From positions 854 through 64,853 of the forward strand of contig VERF01000003.1 of assembly GCA_018882895.1 (NCBI GenBank): a stretch of 64,000 nucleotides of DNA, written 5' to 3'. Shown one piece after another: positions 29,070 through 39,900 of the stretch. How positions within the stretch are numbered: position 1 is the stretch's first letter; every line of letters starts with the position of its first letter. The notes under the pieces are model-generated. The model did not search any database. It was given only the letters and a program-made list of their open reading frames with translations, and was not told the origin of the DNA. The translations under genes were made by a program, and so were the position numbers. This DNA comes from Candidatus Kapaibacterium sp. GTDB lineage: Bacteria > Bacteroidota > Ignavibacteria > Kapaibacteriales > Kapaibacteriaceae.

Positions 29070-30215
29070 ATGCTCCCTATGACCGATTCCTTTCCGACGG
29101 CCGACGTTCTGCGCCATGTCCTGCGTTTCAAATGGCTTATCGTCGGCGCTGCAGCCGTGGCGGCCGCAGTCGGCTACCTCTACGCCTATTCGCTTCCGCC
29201 GTACTTCAAGTCCACCGTGAACTGCGTTCCTCCGTCCTCCGAAGTTGGCGGACTTGGCGGGGCCCTTGGCGGCATATCCTCGACCTTGAAGGACATCGGA
29301 CTAGCCAAGTTAGGGGGCAAGTCCGGCGAGAGTTACGAGCTGATCGCGCTGTTGTTTTCTCGCACGGTTCGCGATTCAATGATCGCCGAGTTCGACCTTC
29401 GAGCTGAGTATGAACTTGCAGGAAAGCCCATGGATGATGTTCGCGACGAGTTCGAGGACAACATGGAGGTGAACCTGCATGCCGAAGGAAACTATGAGAT
29501 CAGCATGTGGAGCAAGGATCCCAAGAAGGCTGTCGCAATGTGCGCGAGTTTCGTGTCACGCGTCAACGACATTGCCAACAGGATCGCCCGAACGGAGGCG
29601 ACCAAGAGCGCTGCCTACCTGGAGACGCGGGTTGGAATGATGGATTCGACACTTTCGGCTCTGACGGACTCTCTCAGTCTGTATTCCCGCCAGTATCGGG
29701 TCTACTCGCCCCTTGACCAAGCGTCGGCCTCTGCAAAGGCACTTGCCGAGGTCAAGGGCGAACTGTTAAAGCAGGAAACGGTTCTTGGCATACTCGAACA
29801 GAACTATGGCAAGAGCGATCCACAGGTTCGAAATGCTGCAGCCATCGTAGAGCGACTCAAGACGCAGTATGAGGATGCGCAGACCAAGCCAGGCTTTGCC
29901 GGCAACTTCGCCCTCAGTGATGCCGCCGGCATCGGAGCGCAGTATCTGCGGATGTATGCCGAGTTCGAGGCGTTCACAAAGCTGAAGGCGTTTCTCCTTC
30001 CGTCCCTTGAGCAAGCGCGACTCGACATGAACAAGACCGCTCCGGTGTTGTTGGTGGTCGACGATCCGGTTCCGGCCGAAGAAAAGGATAAGCCCCGACG
30101 AATGGTCATCGCGCTCGGCGCTGGGGTTGGCATGTTTGTGACCATGCTGATCGTTCTGTTGCTGGGACGCGCATGGAAGCTTACCATGGGTGGTACCGGC
30201 AATGCAGCTGCTTGA
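29070..30215 (+). CDS. Wzz/GumC-like polysaccharide chain-length determinant
   Basis: N-terminal TM after FKWLIVGAAAV, a long coiled periplasmic region and a C-terminal TM (ALGAGVGMFVTMLIVLLL). Confidence 0.6.
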   Translation: MLPMTDSFPTADVLRHVLRFKWLIVGAAAVAAAVGYLYAYSLPPYFKSTVNCVPPSSEVGGLGGALGGISSTLKDIGLAKLGGKSGESYELIALLFSRTVRDSMIAEFDLRAEYELAGKPMDDVRDEFEDNMEVNLHAEGNYEISMWSKDPKKAVAMCASFVSRVNDIANRIARTEATKSAAYLETRVGMMDSTLSALTDSLSLYSRQYRVYSPLDQASASAKALAEVKGELLKQETVLGILEQNYGKSDPQVRNAAAIVERLKTQYEDAQTKPGFAGNFALSDAAGIGAQYLRMYAEFEAFTKLKAFLLPSLEQARLDMNKTAPVLLVVDDPVPAEEKDKPRRMVIALGAGVGMFVTMLIVLLLGRAWKLTMGGTGNAAA

Positions 30216-31575
30216 CGGCACCCTTCTGCCGGTGGTGGTCCTTCCGGCCTTGGCCGCATGTGTTGGCTTGGTGGCGCTGCTGTTGTCGCGACCGCGAATA
30301 TGGCTTGCCATGTTCATGGCTACCGTTCCGTTCTTTGCCTCTGATACGGGGCAGGGCCTAACAGCGTCCGAGGCCATTACTGGCGGCGTTCTTCTCTCGA
30401 GTATTGCACTCTGGTTCGCTTGGCACCTTGCGTCCAACAAAGGACCTCTACTTCGGTCGTGGGCCGACTTCCTGCTCGTTACCTTCATCATCGTAGCCGT
30501 GCTCAATGTCGGCATCGCTCTGGCGAATGGAATTGAAATCTTCGGCTGGATTGTTGATTGGTCCTACTTCGTCCTGATGCTGTATTACTTCCCCCTTCGG
30601 GAAGAGTTCGGCAAGGACCTGGCATCACTGAAGCAATTCGTGAGCATCATCGGCATTATCAGCCTTATCATGTCCGTGCAAAGCGCTCTGAACTTCCGCA
30701 ATCGACTTGCCGAGAACCTCGTATACGCCTATCAGATCGTTGCATCTCGATCCACGTTGCTGGGACCATTCTTTCTTCTGGCAGTCTGCATTTCCCTCAT
30801 CCTGGCAGTTACCGCAGAGGAACGTCGCACAAAGATCCTTGCCTTTCTGATATCGGTGGCGAACCTTGCCGCCCTTGCTTTGACCTTTACGCGCACCATC
30901 TGGGTGTTTGCCGTGGCCTGTATAGGATTGTCGATGCTCTTTCTGCGATACCGCGACAACCTTCGAATGATGACGCGATTGGTCGTGATCGCCGTTTTTG
31001 CCTTCGCAGCAGCCTACACGTATAACCCACGAATCACCAGCGTTATCGTTGCCATGGTCAAGACGCGCTTTGCCTCATCGACGCAGTTGTCAGGGGGCGA
31101 CCGGTCCTTTGAGACTCGAGTGATCGAGGTGAACGACGTTCTGCGGAAGGTTCGCCAAGCGCCACTGGGAGGAAATGGGTTGCGTGCAACATTCGTTACG
31201 TGGGCACCGATCGATCAGGCGCACCATATCACGTCATATGTCCACATAGGCTACGTCGGCCTGATCCATAAGGTCGGCCTGCCAACATCACTGCTGATGT
31301 TCGCCGTCATCGTCATTTTTGCCTACCGCAGTATCCGCGTTGCGTGGTTATCTCGCGCACCCAATGTTGACGTGCGACTCAAAGCGCTTGCCATTGGGAC
31401 CTTTGTGTACTACCCGGCAATGCTTGCCGTGATCTTCATGTCGGGCATGTTCGATCAACGTCATGGCAATGCACTGTTCGCCTTCATGTTTGCATCAATC
31501 GCCATTTGCGAGGGACTTCTGCCAAAACGTGATGAATCGTTGCCGGCACCTCTGCCATCCGGAGAGCTGCAATGA
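30190..31575 (+). CDS. O-antigen ligase/polymerase-like (Wzy_C) membrane protein
   Basis: About 10-12 TMs with a central FTRTIWVFAVACIGL segment and a loop, typical of Wzy_C proteins. Confidence 0.6.
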   Translation: MVPAMQLLDGTLLPVVVLPALAACVGLVALLLSRPRIWLAMFMATVPFFASDTGQGLTASEAITGGVLLSSIALWFAWHLASNKGPLLRSWADFLLVTFIIVAVLNVGIALANGIEIFGWIVDWSYFVLMLYYFPLREEFGKDLASLKQFVSIIGIISLIMSVQSALNFRNRLAENLVYAYQIVASRSTLLGPFFLLAVCISLILAVTAEERRTKILAFLISVANLAALALTFTRTIWVFAVACIGLSMLFLRYRDNLRMMTRLVVIAVFAFAAAYTYNPRITSVIVAMVKTRFASSTQLSGGDRSFETRVIEVNDVLRKVRQAPLGGNGLRATFVTWAPIDQAHHITSYVHIGYVGLIHKVGLPTSLLMFAVIVIFAYRSIRVAWLSRAPNVDVRLKALAIGTFVYYPAMLAVIFMSGMFDQRHGNALFAFMFASIAICEGLLPKRDESLPAPLPSGELQ

Positions 31576-33542
31576 GTTATAAGCATCTCGATGCATCGTT
31601 CGCATCCGACCAGCGCTTTCACATCTTCCGCTATGCCGTCCTTGCGATCTGTCTGATTTTCGCCGGCAGATTGGCGTGGCTTCAGATCATTCAGGGTAAC
31701 AAGTACCGGTTGAAGGCTGAAGCGCAGGCTATCAAGCAGATTTCCACCGAGCCCTTTCGTGGCATGATCTTCGATCGCAATGGCCGTGCCATTGTGCAGA
31801 ACGCTCCCGGCTTTTCGATCACGATTACACCTTATGAGTTCACGCCCAGTGCGGCACGCCGTCTTGGTTACATCCTCGGAGTCGCTGATTCGCTCTTGTG
31901 GAATGAATCGTTGAAGGCGGCACGCTATAACAAGTTCGCCGCCACAAAGCTCTCGTACGGACGTGATGTGTCGTTCGACATCGTGTCGAAGATCGAAGAA
32001 CTGCGGGATTCGTTACCGGGTGTGGACATGATCATCGACCCGAAGCGCATGTATGCATTCGACGGTAATGGGGCTCACCTGCTCGGCTTTACGCGGGAGG
32101 TTGCCGAATGGGAGCTGAAGGAGCTTGGTGATGCCTACGCGCCGGGTGATGTGACGGGAAAGGCAGGACTCGAGAAATCCTATGAAGCAGCTATTCGAGG
32201 ACAAAAGGGTCTGCAGTTCGTAGCCGTCAACAAGAATGGTCAAAAGGTCGCCAGCTTCAACGACGGCAAGAGCGACACTCCCGGCCTTGAGGGCGACGAT
32301 CTTTATCTCGGCATTGACACTGATCTTCAGGAGCTGGCCGAAAAACTGCTCACTGGTGCGCGTGGATCTGTTGTGGCCATTGATCCGGCAACCGGTGAGA
32401 TCCTTTGCTATGCGAGCAAGCCGGATTTTGACCTTCGAAAGTTCACGGGTAAGACCGCTCGATCGTACTACAATGAACTTGCCAGCGACCCATCGATACC
32501 GATGCTGAACCGGGCAAGTAACTCGATGTACCACCCAGGGTCGACATGGAAGCCGCTCATGACGCTGATGGCACTGCAAGAGGGCGTCATAACCCCGAAG
32601 ACCAAGCTCATGTGTGCAGGGGGCTATACCTACGGGAACCGTTTTGCTCTCTGTCACGGTGGGGTGCACGGGATGATCGACTGCTCATACGCTCTTCAGG
32701 TGTCCTGTAACTCGTTCTATTATCAGCTCGGTCTGAAGATGGGCGTTGATAGGTTTCACAAGTACGGCGCAATGTTTGGCTTCGGTTCTCGCACAAAGGT
32801 CGACATACCGTCAGGCGAAGACGGCCGCGGCATTCTGCCCTCGCGGGCATATATGGATCGCGCATACGGATCAAAGAACTGGACGCAGTATGCGCTCATG
32901 AACTGGGGAATCGGCCAGGGAGAAGTCAACGTCACGCCCCTTCAACTGGCTGCCTATACGGCTGCCATAGCCAATGGTGGCACCTGGAATCAGCCCCATG
33001 CCGTCAGGGCAATCTATAGCAAGACCCTTCAGCGGAGAAACTCCATCGCCTACGAATCGCGCAAGGTCCCGATCAACCAAGAGTACTTCGACATCGTCAA
33101 AAAGGCAATGCGTCTGGTCGTCAGCAGCGGCACGGCACGAGGGGCTGATATTCCGGGGTTAGATGTTTGCGGAAAAACCGGGACGGCTCAAACTTCAGGG
33201 GGCAAGCAGGACCAATCCTGGTTCATTTGCTTCGCTCCTATGAACGATCCGAAGATCGCCATGGTAGTGACCGGAGAAGGCAAGGGATTCGGTGCACAGT
33301 TCGCCGTTCCGATCGCACAGAAGCTTCTGGATCTGTACCTGAACAGACGCTGGCCCGCAGATGTTGCACGCGATTCAACGTGGCTCATCAAACCGGGCGT
33401 CACGCCGCAACAACGGGAAGCCAGCAAGCCTGCACAGCCGACCACTGAGGGACCTTTTGCATCATTGGATCCTCCGAAGCCAGTGGCCACGAAGCCTTCC
33501 GATACAACCTCGGTGGCATCATCTCAGACCACGGTCAGATGA
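31572..33542 (+). CDS. mrdA: penicillin-binding protein 2 (elongation transpeptidase)
   Basis: N-terminal anchor plus ...FRGMIFDRNGRAIVQN. Active-site triad STWK, SCN and KTGTA. Confidence 0.85.
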   Translation: MSYKHLDASFASDQRFHIFRYAVLAICLIFAGRLAWLQIIQGNKYRLKAEAQAIKQISTEPFRGMIFDRNGRAIVQNAPGFSITITPYEFTPSAARRLGYILGVADSLLWNESLKAARYNKFAATKLSYGRDVSFDIVSKIEELRDSLPGVDMIIDPKRMYAFDGNGAHLLGFTREVAEWELKELGDAYAPGDVTGKAGLEKSYEAAIRGQKGLQFVAVNKNGQKVASFNDGKSDTPGLEGDDLYLGIDTDLQELAEKLLTGARGSVVAIDPATGEILCYASKPDFDLRKFTGKTARSYYNELASDPSIPMLNRASNSMYHPGSTWKPLMTLMALQEGVITPKTKLMCAGGYTYGNRFALCHGGVHGMIDCSYALQVSCNSFYYQLGLKMGVDRFHKYGAMFGFGSRTKVDIPSGEDGRGILPSRAYMDRAYGSKNWTQYALMNWGIGQGEVNVTPLQLAAYTAAIANGGTWNQPHAVRAIYSKTLQRRNSIAYESRKVPINQEYFDIVKKAMRLVVSSGTARGADIPGLDVCGKTGTAQTSGGKQDQSWFICFAPMNDPKIAMVVTGEGKGFGAQFAVPIAQKLLDLYLNRRWPADVARDSTWLIKPGVTPQQREASKPAQPTTEGPFASLDPPKPVATKPSDTTSVASSQTTVR

Positions 33543-34636
33543 CGTTCTGCTCGGCCATGTTGCGAAGCGCGCTGCCACTCCTACTGATGAGCATGGCTCT
33601 AGCCGGGTGTGCGGATTCGAACGATCATCAAGTTGTGCGGTTCTGGCACTTTTGGTCTGAACCGCGCCAGCGTGCCGTTGTTGACTCACTCGTTGCCGAA
33701 TTCGAGCGGCGAAACCCGGCGATCGACGTTGAGACCACAGTCCTGAGTTGGGCCGACGGAAAGTCAAAGCTTCAACTGGCGTTCAATGCCGGAACGCAGC
33801 CTGATGTTGTTCATCTTGGTGGTGACTGGTTTGCCGAGTTTGACAGTGCCGACCTGTTTGAACCGACGTCGGAGGAACACGGCATGGACAATGGCAGTCG
33901 AGCGTTGAGGTGGCTCGTCAACGCACGGGCACTTGTCTATGACACGAGACGGTCGACTGGTTTGCCGATCGGTGGCCTTTGCGTGTCGGATCCTCACAAT
34001 GTGATCAAACGAGTCCTCCCACTACTCTGGCTCAATGGAAGTCGACTCTATCAGCGTCTGCCGATCTCCGACGATCTTTCGGATTCTCTGGCCGGATCGA
34101 TTTGGAATGTCGTCACGTCATCACAGGCGGCCATCCGTGACCGTTCACGGCAACTTGATGAGCAGCTTCTGCGCGGGCAGGTAGGCTCGGTTCTTACTGG
34201 TGCATGGATCGTTGATTTGGCTCGCCAACAGAACAACTCATCTCTTCGCGTTCATCCGCTGGCGTCGATCTTGAATCTTGACCTGCTCGCTATTAGCAAG
34301 TCGTCCACATCGAAGAGCGCGGCTAGAGACCTGGTGTCATTTCTCTGTCAATACGACAACGCCCGAGCGTTTTGTCTCTCGGTAAGCGATGCCGGCTTCC
34401 CTGCTGATCTTGGGACCGCTTCTCAGGATTCTGTTTTTCTGAGGGATTCCCTTCAACGCGGGTTTCTTCAGACCGCATTGATTTCTGTGCCGCTAGTTCA
34501 CTCGTCGAAGCTTCTGCGTATCGAGCCCATCGTAGAGGACATGCTCGAGCGCTGCTATGGAGCCAAAAGCAAGGAGCAGGTCGCAGCGTATGTCAGAAGC
34601 GCACGAGAGAAAGTGCTATTGGCTGAGTCACGCTGA
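33539..34636 (+). CDS. lipoprotein, ABC-transporter solute-binding protein family 1-like (orphan)
   Basis: Lipobox MSMALAGC. VVRFWHFWSEPRQ...AEFERRNPAIDVE...LQLAFNAGTQPDVVHLGGDWF is typical of sugar-type SBPs. ATGA junction with mrdA. No permease or ATPase nearby. Confidence 0.65.
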   Translation: MTFCSAMLRSALPLLLMSMALAGCADSNDHQVVRFWHFWSEPRQRAVVDSLVAEFERRNPAIDVETTVLSWADGKSKLQLAFNAGTQPDVVHLGGDWFAEFDSADLFEPTSEEHGMDNGSRALRWLVNARALVYDTRRSTGLPIGGLCVSDPHNVIKRVLPLLWLNGSRLYQRLPISDDLSDSLAGSIWNVVTSSQAAIRDRSRQLDEQLLRGQVGSVLTGAWIVDLARQQNNSSLRVHPLASILNLDLLAISKSSTSKSAARDLVSFLCQYDNARAFCLSVSDAGFPADLGTASQDSVFLRDSLQRGFLQTALISVPLVHSSKLLRIEPIVEDMLERCYGAKSKEQVAAYVRSAREKVLLAESR

Positions 34637-35077
34637 TTCAAGCAATCGCTTTGTCGTTGCCTGACGATAGGTAAACATGTCCTTAATCTGACGACGGATC
34701 ACCAACGCGTTGGCGATCTTGCCGAGCGGGCCAAAGGGTACCTCGTACTCAACGATGTCCGTCAGAGCCGTTCCGGTCTCAGTCTGCTTCAGAAGTCGAG
34801 TCTGTTTCCACGTGCGAAAGGGACCCGATACCTGCTCGTCGATCATGAGCGTGGGTGGCTCATAGGCTGTTATGCGAACATGCCAGCGCATGACGAACAG
34901 CAGAAATTGTCTCACCTTGAGTGTGACCTCATAGCCGAGGCCCGGGACTCCTTGCGTCTCTATCGTCACCCTGATACCAGGTGGAGTGATCTTCAGGAGA
35001 TTCCGTGTATCGTCGTGAAAATGAAAGACCCGATCGATCGGGGCATTTATCTGTACTGTTCGCTCAATTTTTTCCAT
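34628..35077 (-). CDS. SRPBCC (START/polyketide-cyclase-like) family protein
   Basis: MEKIERTVQINAPIDRVFHFHDD..., 149 aa, the usual SRPBCC N-terminal pattern. Confidence 0.65.
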   Translation of the reverse strand: MEKIERTVQINAPIDRVFHFHDDTRNLLKITPPGIRVTIETQGVPGLGYEVTLKVRQFLLFVMRWHVRITAYEPPTLMIDEQVSGPFRTWKQTRLLKQTETGTALTDIVEYEVPFGPLGKIANALVIRRQIKDMFTYRQATTKRLLESA

Positions 35078-35622
35078 TTGGTGGCCATGCGAAGCATGGA
35101 TTCTTCTTGTGTGAAATCAGTTATGTTTTCTACCGGCACCCACGATAGATCATGCGACTCAGCACCTACTACGTGGGCAGAGTGCCCTGCCAGGATGACG
35201 TAACGCACATCGTAGTGCAGATGTTCCGGATCGGCTGCCCGAGCGGGAATAACATGGATGTCGAGATCGAAGATCGTAGGATGGAGCAAGCTTACGTCGT
35301 CAATACCTGACTCTTCGCGAGCTTCGGTCAATGCCACTCGGACCACATCATGATCACCATCAGCATGTCCGCCAAGCTGAAGCCATTTGTTGAGCTTTCG
35401 ATGATGCGTCAGAAGCGTATGATCAAGCCCCCTGTCAATCATCCAAGCTGAGCCGGTGATGTGTCCCTCTGCAGTTTGTCGACTGAAGCAGCCCGGCTCA
35501 CGCCGGATAAAGTCAAGGAACCTCAGCGTCGTGTCATGTTCTTCGGGGTGACGTTCGGCATAGTCTTCGATGGCCTTAATCAAGGTCATCCTGCCGATTT
35601 CAAGTTCGCTATCTTGCTTCAT
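35047..35622 (-). CDS. NUDIX hydrolase
   Basis: Nudix box GGHADGDHDVVRVALTEAREESGI. An alternative start is at 35589. Confidence 0.75.
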   Translation of the reverse strand: MKQDSELEIGRMTLIKAIEDYAERHPEEHDTTLRFLDFIRREPGCFSRQTAEGHITGSAWMIDRGLDHTLLTHHRKLNKWLQLGGHADGDHDVVRVALTEAREESGIDDVSLLHPTIFDLDIHVIPARAADPEHLHYDVRYVILAGHSAHVVGAESHDLSWVPVENITDFTQEESMLRMATKWKKLSEQYR

Positions 35623-36400
35623 GGCACGATTCCGGTTTACAGTTGAGTACGAAGGTACGCGCTATTCGGGCTGGCAGGCGCAAAAGAATGCCCGCACCGT
35701 TCAGGGCGAGATCATCGGTGCTCTCAAAGACATCCTTGGCACCGAGGACTTCGAATTCATGGGTTCGGGTCGCACCGATGCAGGAGTCCACGCACTGGAG
35801 CAGGTGGCGCATCTGGAGGCTCGAACAATGCTCTCCCCGGGTGTGCTGCGGATGAAGGTCAATGACCTGCTGCCTGCCGACATCAACGTGGTACAGGTAG
35901 AAAAGGCCCATCCACGCTTTCATGCAAGGCACAATGCGGTTTCGAGATCATACATCTATCAGATTTCACAACGGCGAACGGCCTTTGGCAAGCGCTATGT
36001 ATGGTGGATCAAGGATGAGCTTGATCATGAGAAGATGAAGGGGGCATGTGCGGTATTCGAGGGGTTTCATGACTTCAGGTCGTTCACGCAGGATGATCCT
36101 GAGGCGAAGTCAACGACGGTCGATCTTGAACAATGTCGGCTTTACACATTCGGCCCAATGATCCTTATCCACGTCCGCGGTTCTCACTTTCTGTGGCGGA
36201 TGGTGCGTCAAATGGTGGGCATGATCGTCGAATGCGGACGTGGCTCGGTCACCCCAGAGCAGCTGCGTGAACTTTTGTCCCAGCACTCTTCGTTTCCGGC
36301 ATCAAAGACGGCTCCCCCGTCCGGACTCTTTCTGCATCATGTGCAGTATGACCGGCACCAGGAGCCCCCTGCCATTGTTCCAACCATTGACATCCGATGA
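35621..36400 (+). CDS. truA: tRNA pseudouridine(38-40) synthase
   Basis: [21 protein letters not shown]...[11 protein letters not shown] (catalytic Asp)...FLWRMVR. Confidence 0.85.
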   Translation: MARFRFTVEYEGTRYSGWQAQKNARTVQGEIIGALKDILGTEDFEFMGSGRTDAGVHALEQVAHLEARTMLSPGVLRMKVNDLLPADINVVQVEKAHPRFHARHNAVSRSYIYQISQRRTAFGKRYVWWIKDELDHEKMKGACAVFEGFHDFRSFTQDDPEAKSTTVDLEQCRLYTFGPMILIHVRGSHFLWRMVRQMVGMIVECGRGSVTPEQLRELLSQHSSFPASKTAPPSGLFLHHVQYDRHQEPPAIVPTIDIR

Positions 36401-36927
36401 ACACATTCACACTGTTGATCGCGGCCCTGATCGCCATCGCCTGTACGCCGAATTCCACTGGGCAGACCGGACAAAAGTCAGGTTCAAAACCAGTATCGAT
36501 CTATTCCACTTCAACTGGCAAGGCCACTCCGATGAACCGCATTGAGAAGACCGACGACGAATGGCGCAAGGAACTCTCCGAGGACGAGTTCCGCATAGCT
36601 CGCAAGAAGGGCACTGAGCGCGCCTTCACCGGGAAGTACTGGAATCATCATGAAGATGGGCTTTACCTGTGCCGTTGCTGTGGCACTGAGTTATTCCCGA
36701 GCGCCACCAAGTTTGAATCCGGTTCCGGCTGGCCATCGTTCTATGATCCCGTTTCCAAAGCCAATGTGGGTCTTGTGGAAGACAACTCGCTCATGATGGA
36801 GCGCACCGAGGTGACCTGCGCACGATGCGGAGCCCACCTCGGCCACGTGTTTGATGATGGTCCGAAGCCCACGGGACTTCGTTACTGTATCAACAGCGCA
36901 TCCCTTGACTTCAAGAAGCGCAAATGA
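36397..36927 (+). CDS. msrB: peptide-methionine (R)-S-oxide reductase with signal/lipoprotein leader
   Basis: CRCCGTELF...[10 protein letters not shown]...[16 protein letters not shown]...RYCINS. N-terminal [16 protein letters not shown]. Confidence 0.9.
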   Translation: MNTFTLLIAALIAIACTPNSTGQTGQKSGSKPVSIYSTSTGKATPMNRIEKTDDEWRKELSEDEFRIARKKGTERAFTGKYWNHHEDGLYLCRCCGTELFPSATKFESGSGWPSFYDPVSKANVGLVEDNSLMMERTEVTCARCGAHLGHVFDDGPKPTGLRYCINSASLDFKKRK

Positions 36928-36932
36928 TGAGG

Positions 36933-39900
36933 TTATCCTGACGTGCGGGTCTTTCGGTGCATCCGGAAGATCCGTCGCCGTGCCATCACGTAGTACATGC
37001 AGGGCACAATGACCAGCGTCAGGAATGTCGAGAACCCAAGACCGAAGACGATCGACCACGCAAGTGGTCCCCAGAATGCCACGCTGTCCGAACCGATATG
37101 GAAGTGTGGATTGCGAAGGTTCAGCAGCTCCCAGAAGTCGAGGTTCAAACCGATTGCCAATGGCACCAAGCCAAGGATCGTGGACAGCGCAGTGAGGATG
37201 ACTGGATTGAATCTGATAGCGCCCCCTTCGACGACAGCCCTGCGCAGAGTCCAGCCCTGAGCGAGCAGCACATCGGTGAAGTCGAGCAGAACGATACCGT
37301 TGCGCACAACGATGCCACCGAGTGCAACAATCCCAACCCCCGTGATGGCCACTGAGAACGTCATCTGGAAGATGATGAAGCCCAGCAAAACGCCGATGAG
37401 GCTGAACAGCACGGTCACCATCACCAGGAGGGGCTTGGCAATCGAATTGAACTGCGTCACCATGATGAGGAAGATCAGAAGTGCAGCCACGAGGAAGGCA
37501 AATCCCAGGAAACTGGCACTCTCCTGCTGTTCTTCCTGAGCGCCGGTGAGTTTGATCGAGTATCCCTCGGGGACCGTGAAACCTGCCAGTGACTGACGAA
37601 TGTTGGCGTTGACCTCGTTCTCATTATAGCCCTCGAGCAGATTCGAGCTCAAGGTCACGACGCGCCTCTGGTTCTTGCGGTTGATCCCTGCATACGTGGA
37701 GGTATACTCCAACGATGCAATCGAAGACACAGGTACTTGCCGCCACCTGCCTGAGCTCATGTCCATAAAGGACACCGGCTGATTCATGAGCGCCTCGGCG
37801 TCAGTCCGAACGGTCTCAATAGAACGAACCTGAACGGGATATTCCTCCTCGCCGGCACGGAACTTCGTAGCCTCGGCTCCATACATGCTGCTTCGCAGGA
37901 GCATTCCAACCTGTACCGTGTTGATACCCTCGGCATTAGCCTTCTCTCGGTCGATCACGACGGCAAGCTCTGGTTTATTGCGTACCAAATCGCTACGAAG
38001 CCTCTCGACTCCAGCGATTCGTACCGTGTCGGCAAGGAATACCCTCACCTGTTCGGCTAGCGCTGTGAGCGTTTCAAAATCATCGCCGGCGATCTCGATG
38101 TTCACCGGCTTTCCGGTCGGTGGGCCGTTGGCTTCTTTGTCAACGACGATCTCCACTCCCGGTATGTCAGCAAGTGCCTTGCGGAAACGAGCAAGGTATT
38201 GCCCTGTGCTGTCACCGTTCCTCTTTTGATACTCGACGAATGCAACGGTGACTTTACCCTTGTGCGGTGTAACAGTACGATCAGGATTATTTGGATCCCC
38301 GGCCCCTAGACCAACATTCGAGATTACTGACTTGACTAGCGGGTTTGAAGGTCCGAGCTCCTTCTGTATTCGTTGTTCAACCAATCTTACAACGTTATCT
38401 GTTTCAACGGCATCAGTGCCGATCGGCAGTTGAATGTATACGAAGGCATTGTTCGGTTCACCACTCGGAAAGAACGTGACCTGAGGTCCGGCCACGAACA
38501 TCAGGGCAAACGTTGCCATCAGCATTACAACCATCGCCGCAATTATCAGAACCGGACGCCGACCACGCAGCGACCAGCGCAGGGTAGACCGATAGAGAGC
38601 CATGATGCTCGGTAGGGTTCGATCCTGAAAGCGCAGAATGAGCTTCGGCGTCAAGTACCGCCGATTGAAGAACCAGAACATCAAACAGAAGAGCGACAGC
38701 GACATGATCCAGAGCTGGCCCGTGACGATACCAACCGCAGAGAGCAGACCAACAGCCCCACCGGTGATCATCAGGCGCCTCCTGGTCATGACGACTGGCT
38801 TTCTGTCCATGAAATCAACAGCAAAGACCGGATTCATGATGTAAGCAACAATCAATGAAGCCGTGAGTGTGATGATCAGGACCGCTGGAAGGTAGACCAT
38901 AAACTCCCCTACCAATCCCGGCCAGAACAAGAGCGGGAAGAACGGCGCAAGTGTTGTCAGCGTGCCAGCAACAACAGGTGCGAACACCTCGGCTGCCGCA
39001 TACTTGGTGGCAGTCTTGACATCGAGATCATCTTTCGTGTGCAGACGGTGAGTATTCTCGATGACCACGATCGCATCATCGACCACGATTCCCAGTGCGA
39101 GCAGGAATGCGAACGTCACAACGATGTTGAATGTGAAGTCAAGCCCCGGCATCACAAGAAATGCCATGAAGGAGGAAAGGGGCGTGGCAAGACCAACGAA
39201 CAGCGCATTCTGTACACCCATGAAGAACATCAGCACGATGGTCACCAGCAGGAAGCCAATGATGATCGTGTTGATCAGGTCGGCCAGGTTGATACGCGTT
39301 GCCGTCGACTGGTCATTCGTGATTGTGATCGATACTGTTGACGGCAGCTTCGTTTCGGAATACTCCTTAACGATCTGCTGGATCTGATCCGAGGCAGCGA
39401 TCAGGTTCTCTCCCGCTTTCTTGAGGACGGCCAGAGTAATGACCTCCTTGCCATCGAGGCGAGCAAAGCTCTGTTGTTCCTTGGTGGTCTCGCGCACCGT
39501 GGCCACGTCGCGAACATATGCCGTCACTCCTCGGAAGCTCCGCACAATCACATTGTTGATCTGATCGACAGAGGCAAACTCACCACTAACCTTCAGATTG
39601 CGGCGCACGCCGGCGTTGAGAAGGTCGCCGCCCGAGATATTGACATTCTCAAGCTGGATAGCACGAGACACGTCGTCAAATGACAGACCCAGTGCCTGAA
39701 GGCGGTAAGGATCCACATCAACACGAATCTCTTTTTCAAGTGCACCGATGACGTCGGTACGTCGGATTTGAGGCAATGACTCGAGCTTGTCTTTCAACTC
39801 ATCTGCGTACTTCTTCAGAGCCTCGAGTCCAACTGTCCCCGAGATGTTGATGTTCATGATCGGGAACTCCGAGAAGTCGATCTCGGCCACCTGTGGCTCC

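Noticed and set aside
29766-30515. 249-aa and 151-aa minus-strand ORFs antisense to the Wzz-like and O-antigen-ligase-like genes
   Set aside because: These are shadow ORFs with Arg/Ser/Pro/Ala-rich translations. They span a gene junction and have no independent support.
32013-32669. 218-aa minus-strand ORF antisense to mrdA
   Set aside because: It lies inside the PBP2 coding region, whose SxxK/SxN/KTG motifs confirm the plus frame. The ORF has no motifs of its own.
35589-35623. Head-to-head NUDIX and truA start codons overlapping (CATG at 35620-35623)
   Set aside because: The NUDIX gene has an equally plausible internal ATG at 35589, which gives a 31-nt divergent spacer. The start-site choice cannot be resolved from sequence alone, so no claim is made.
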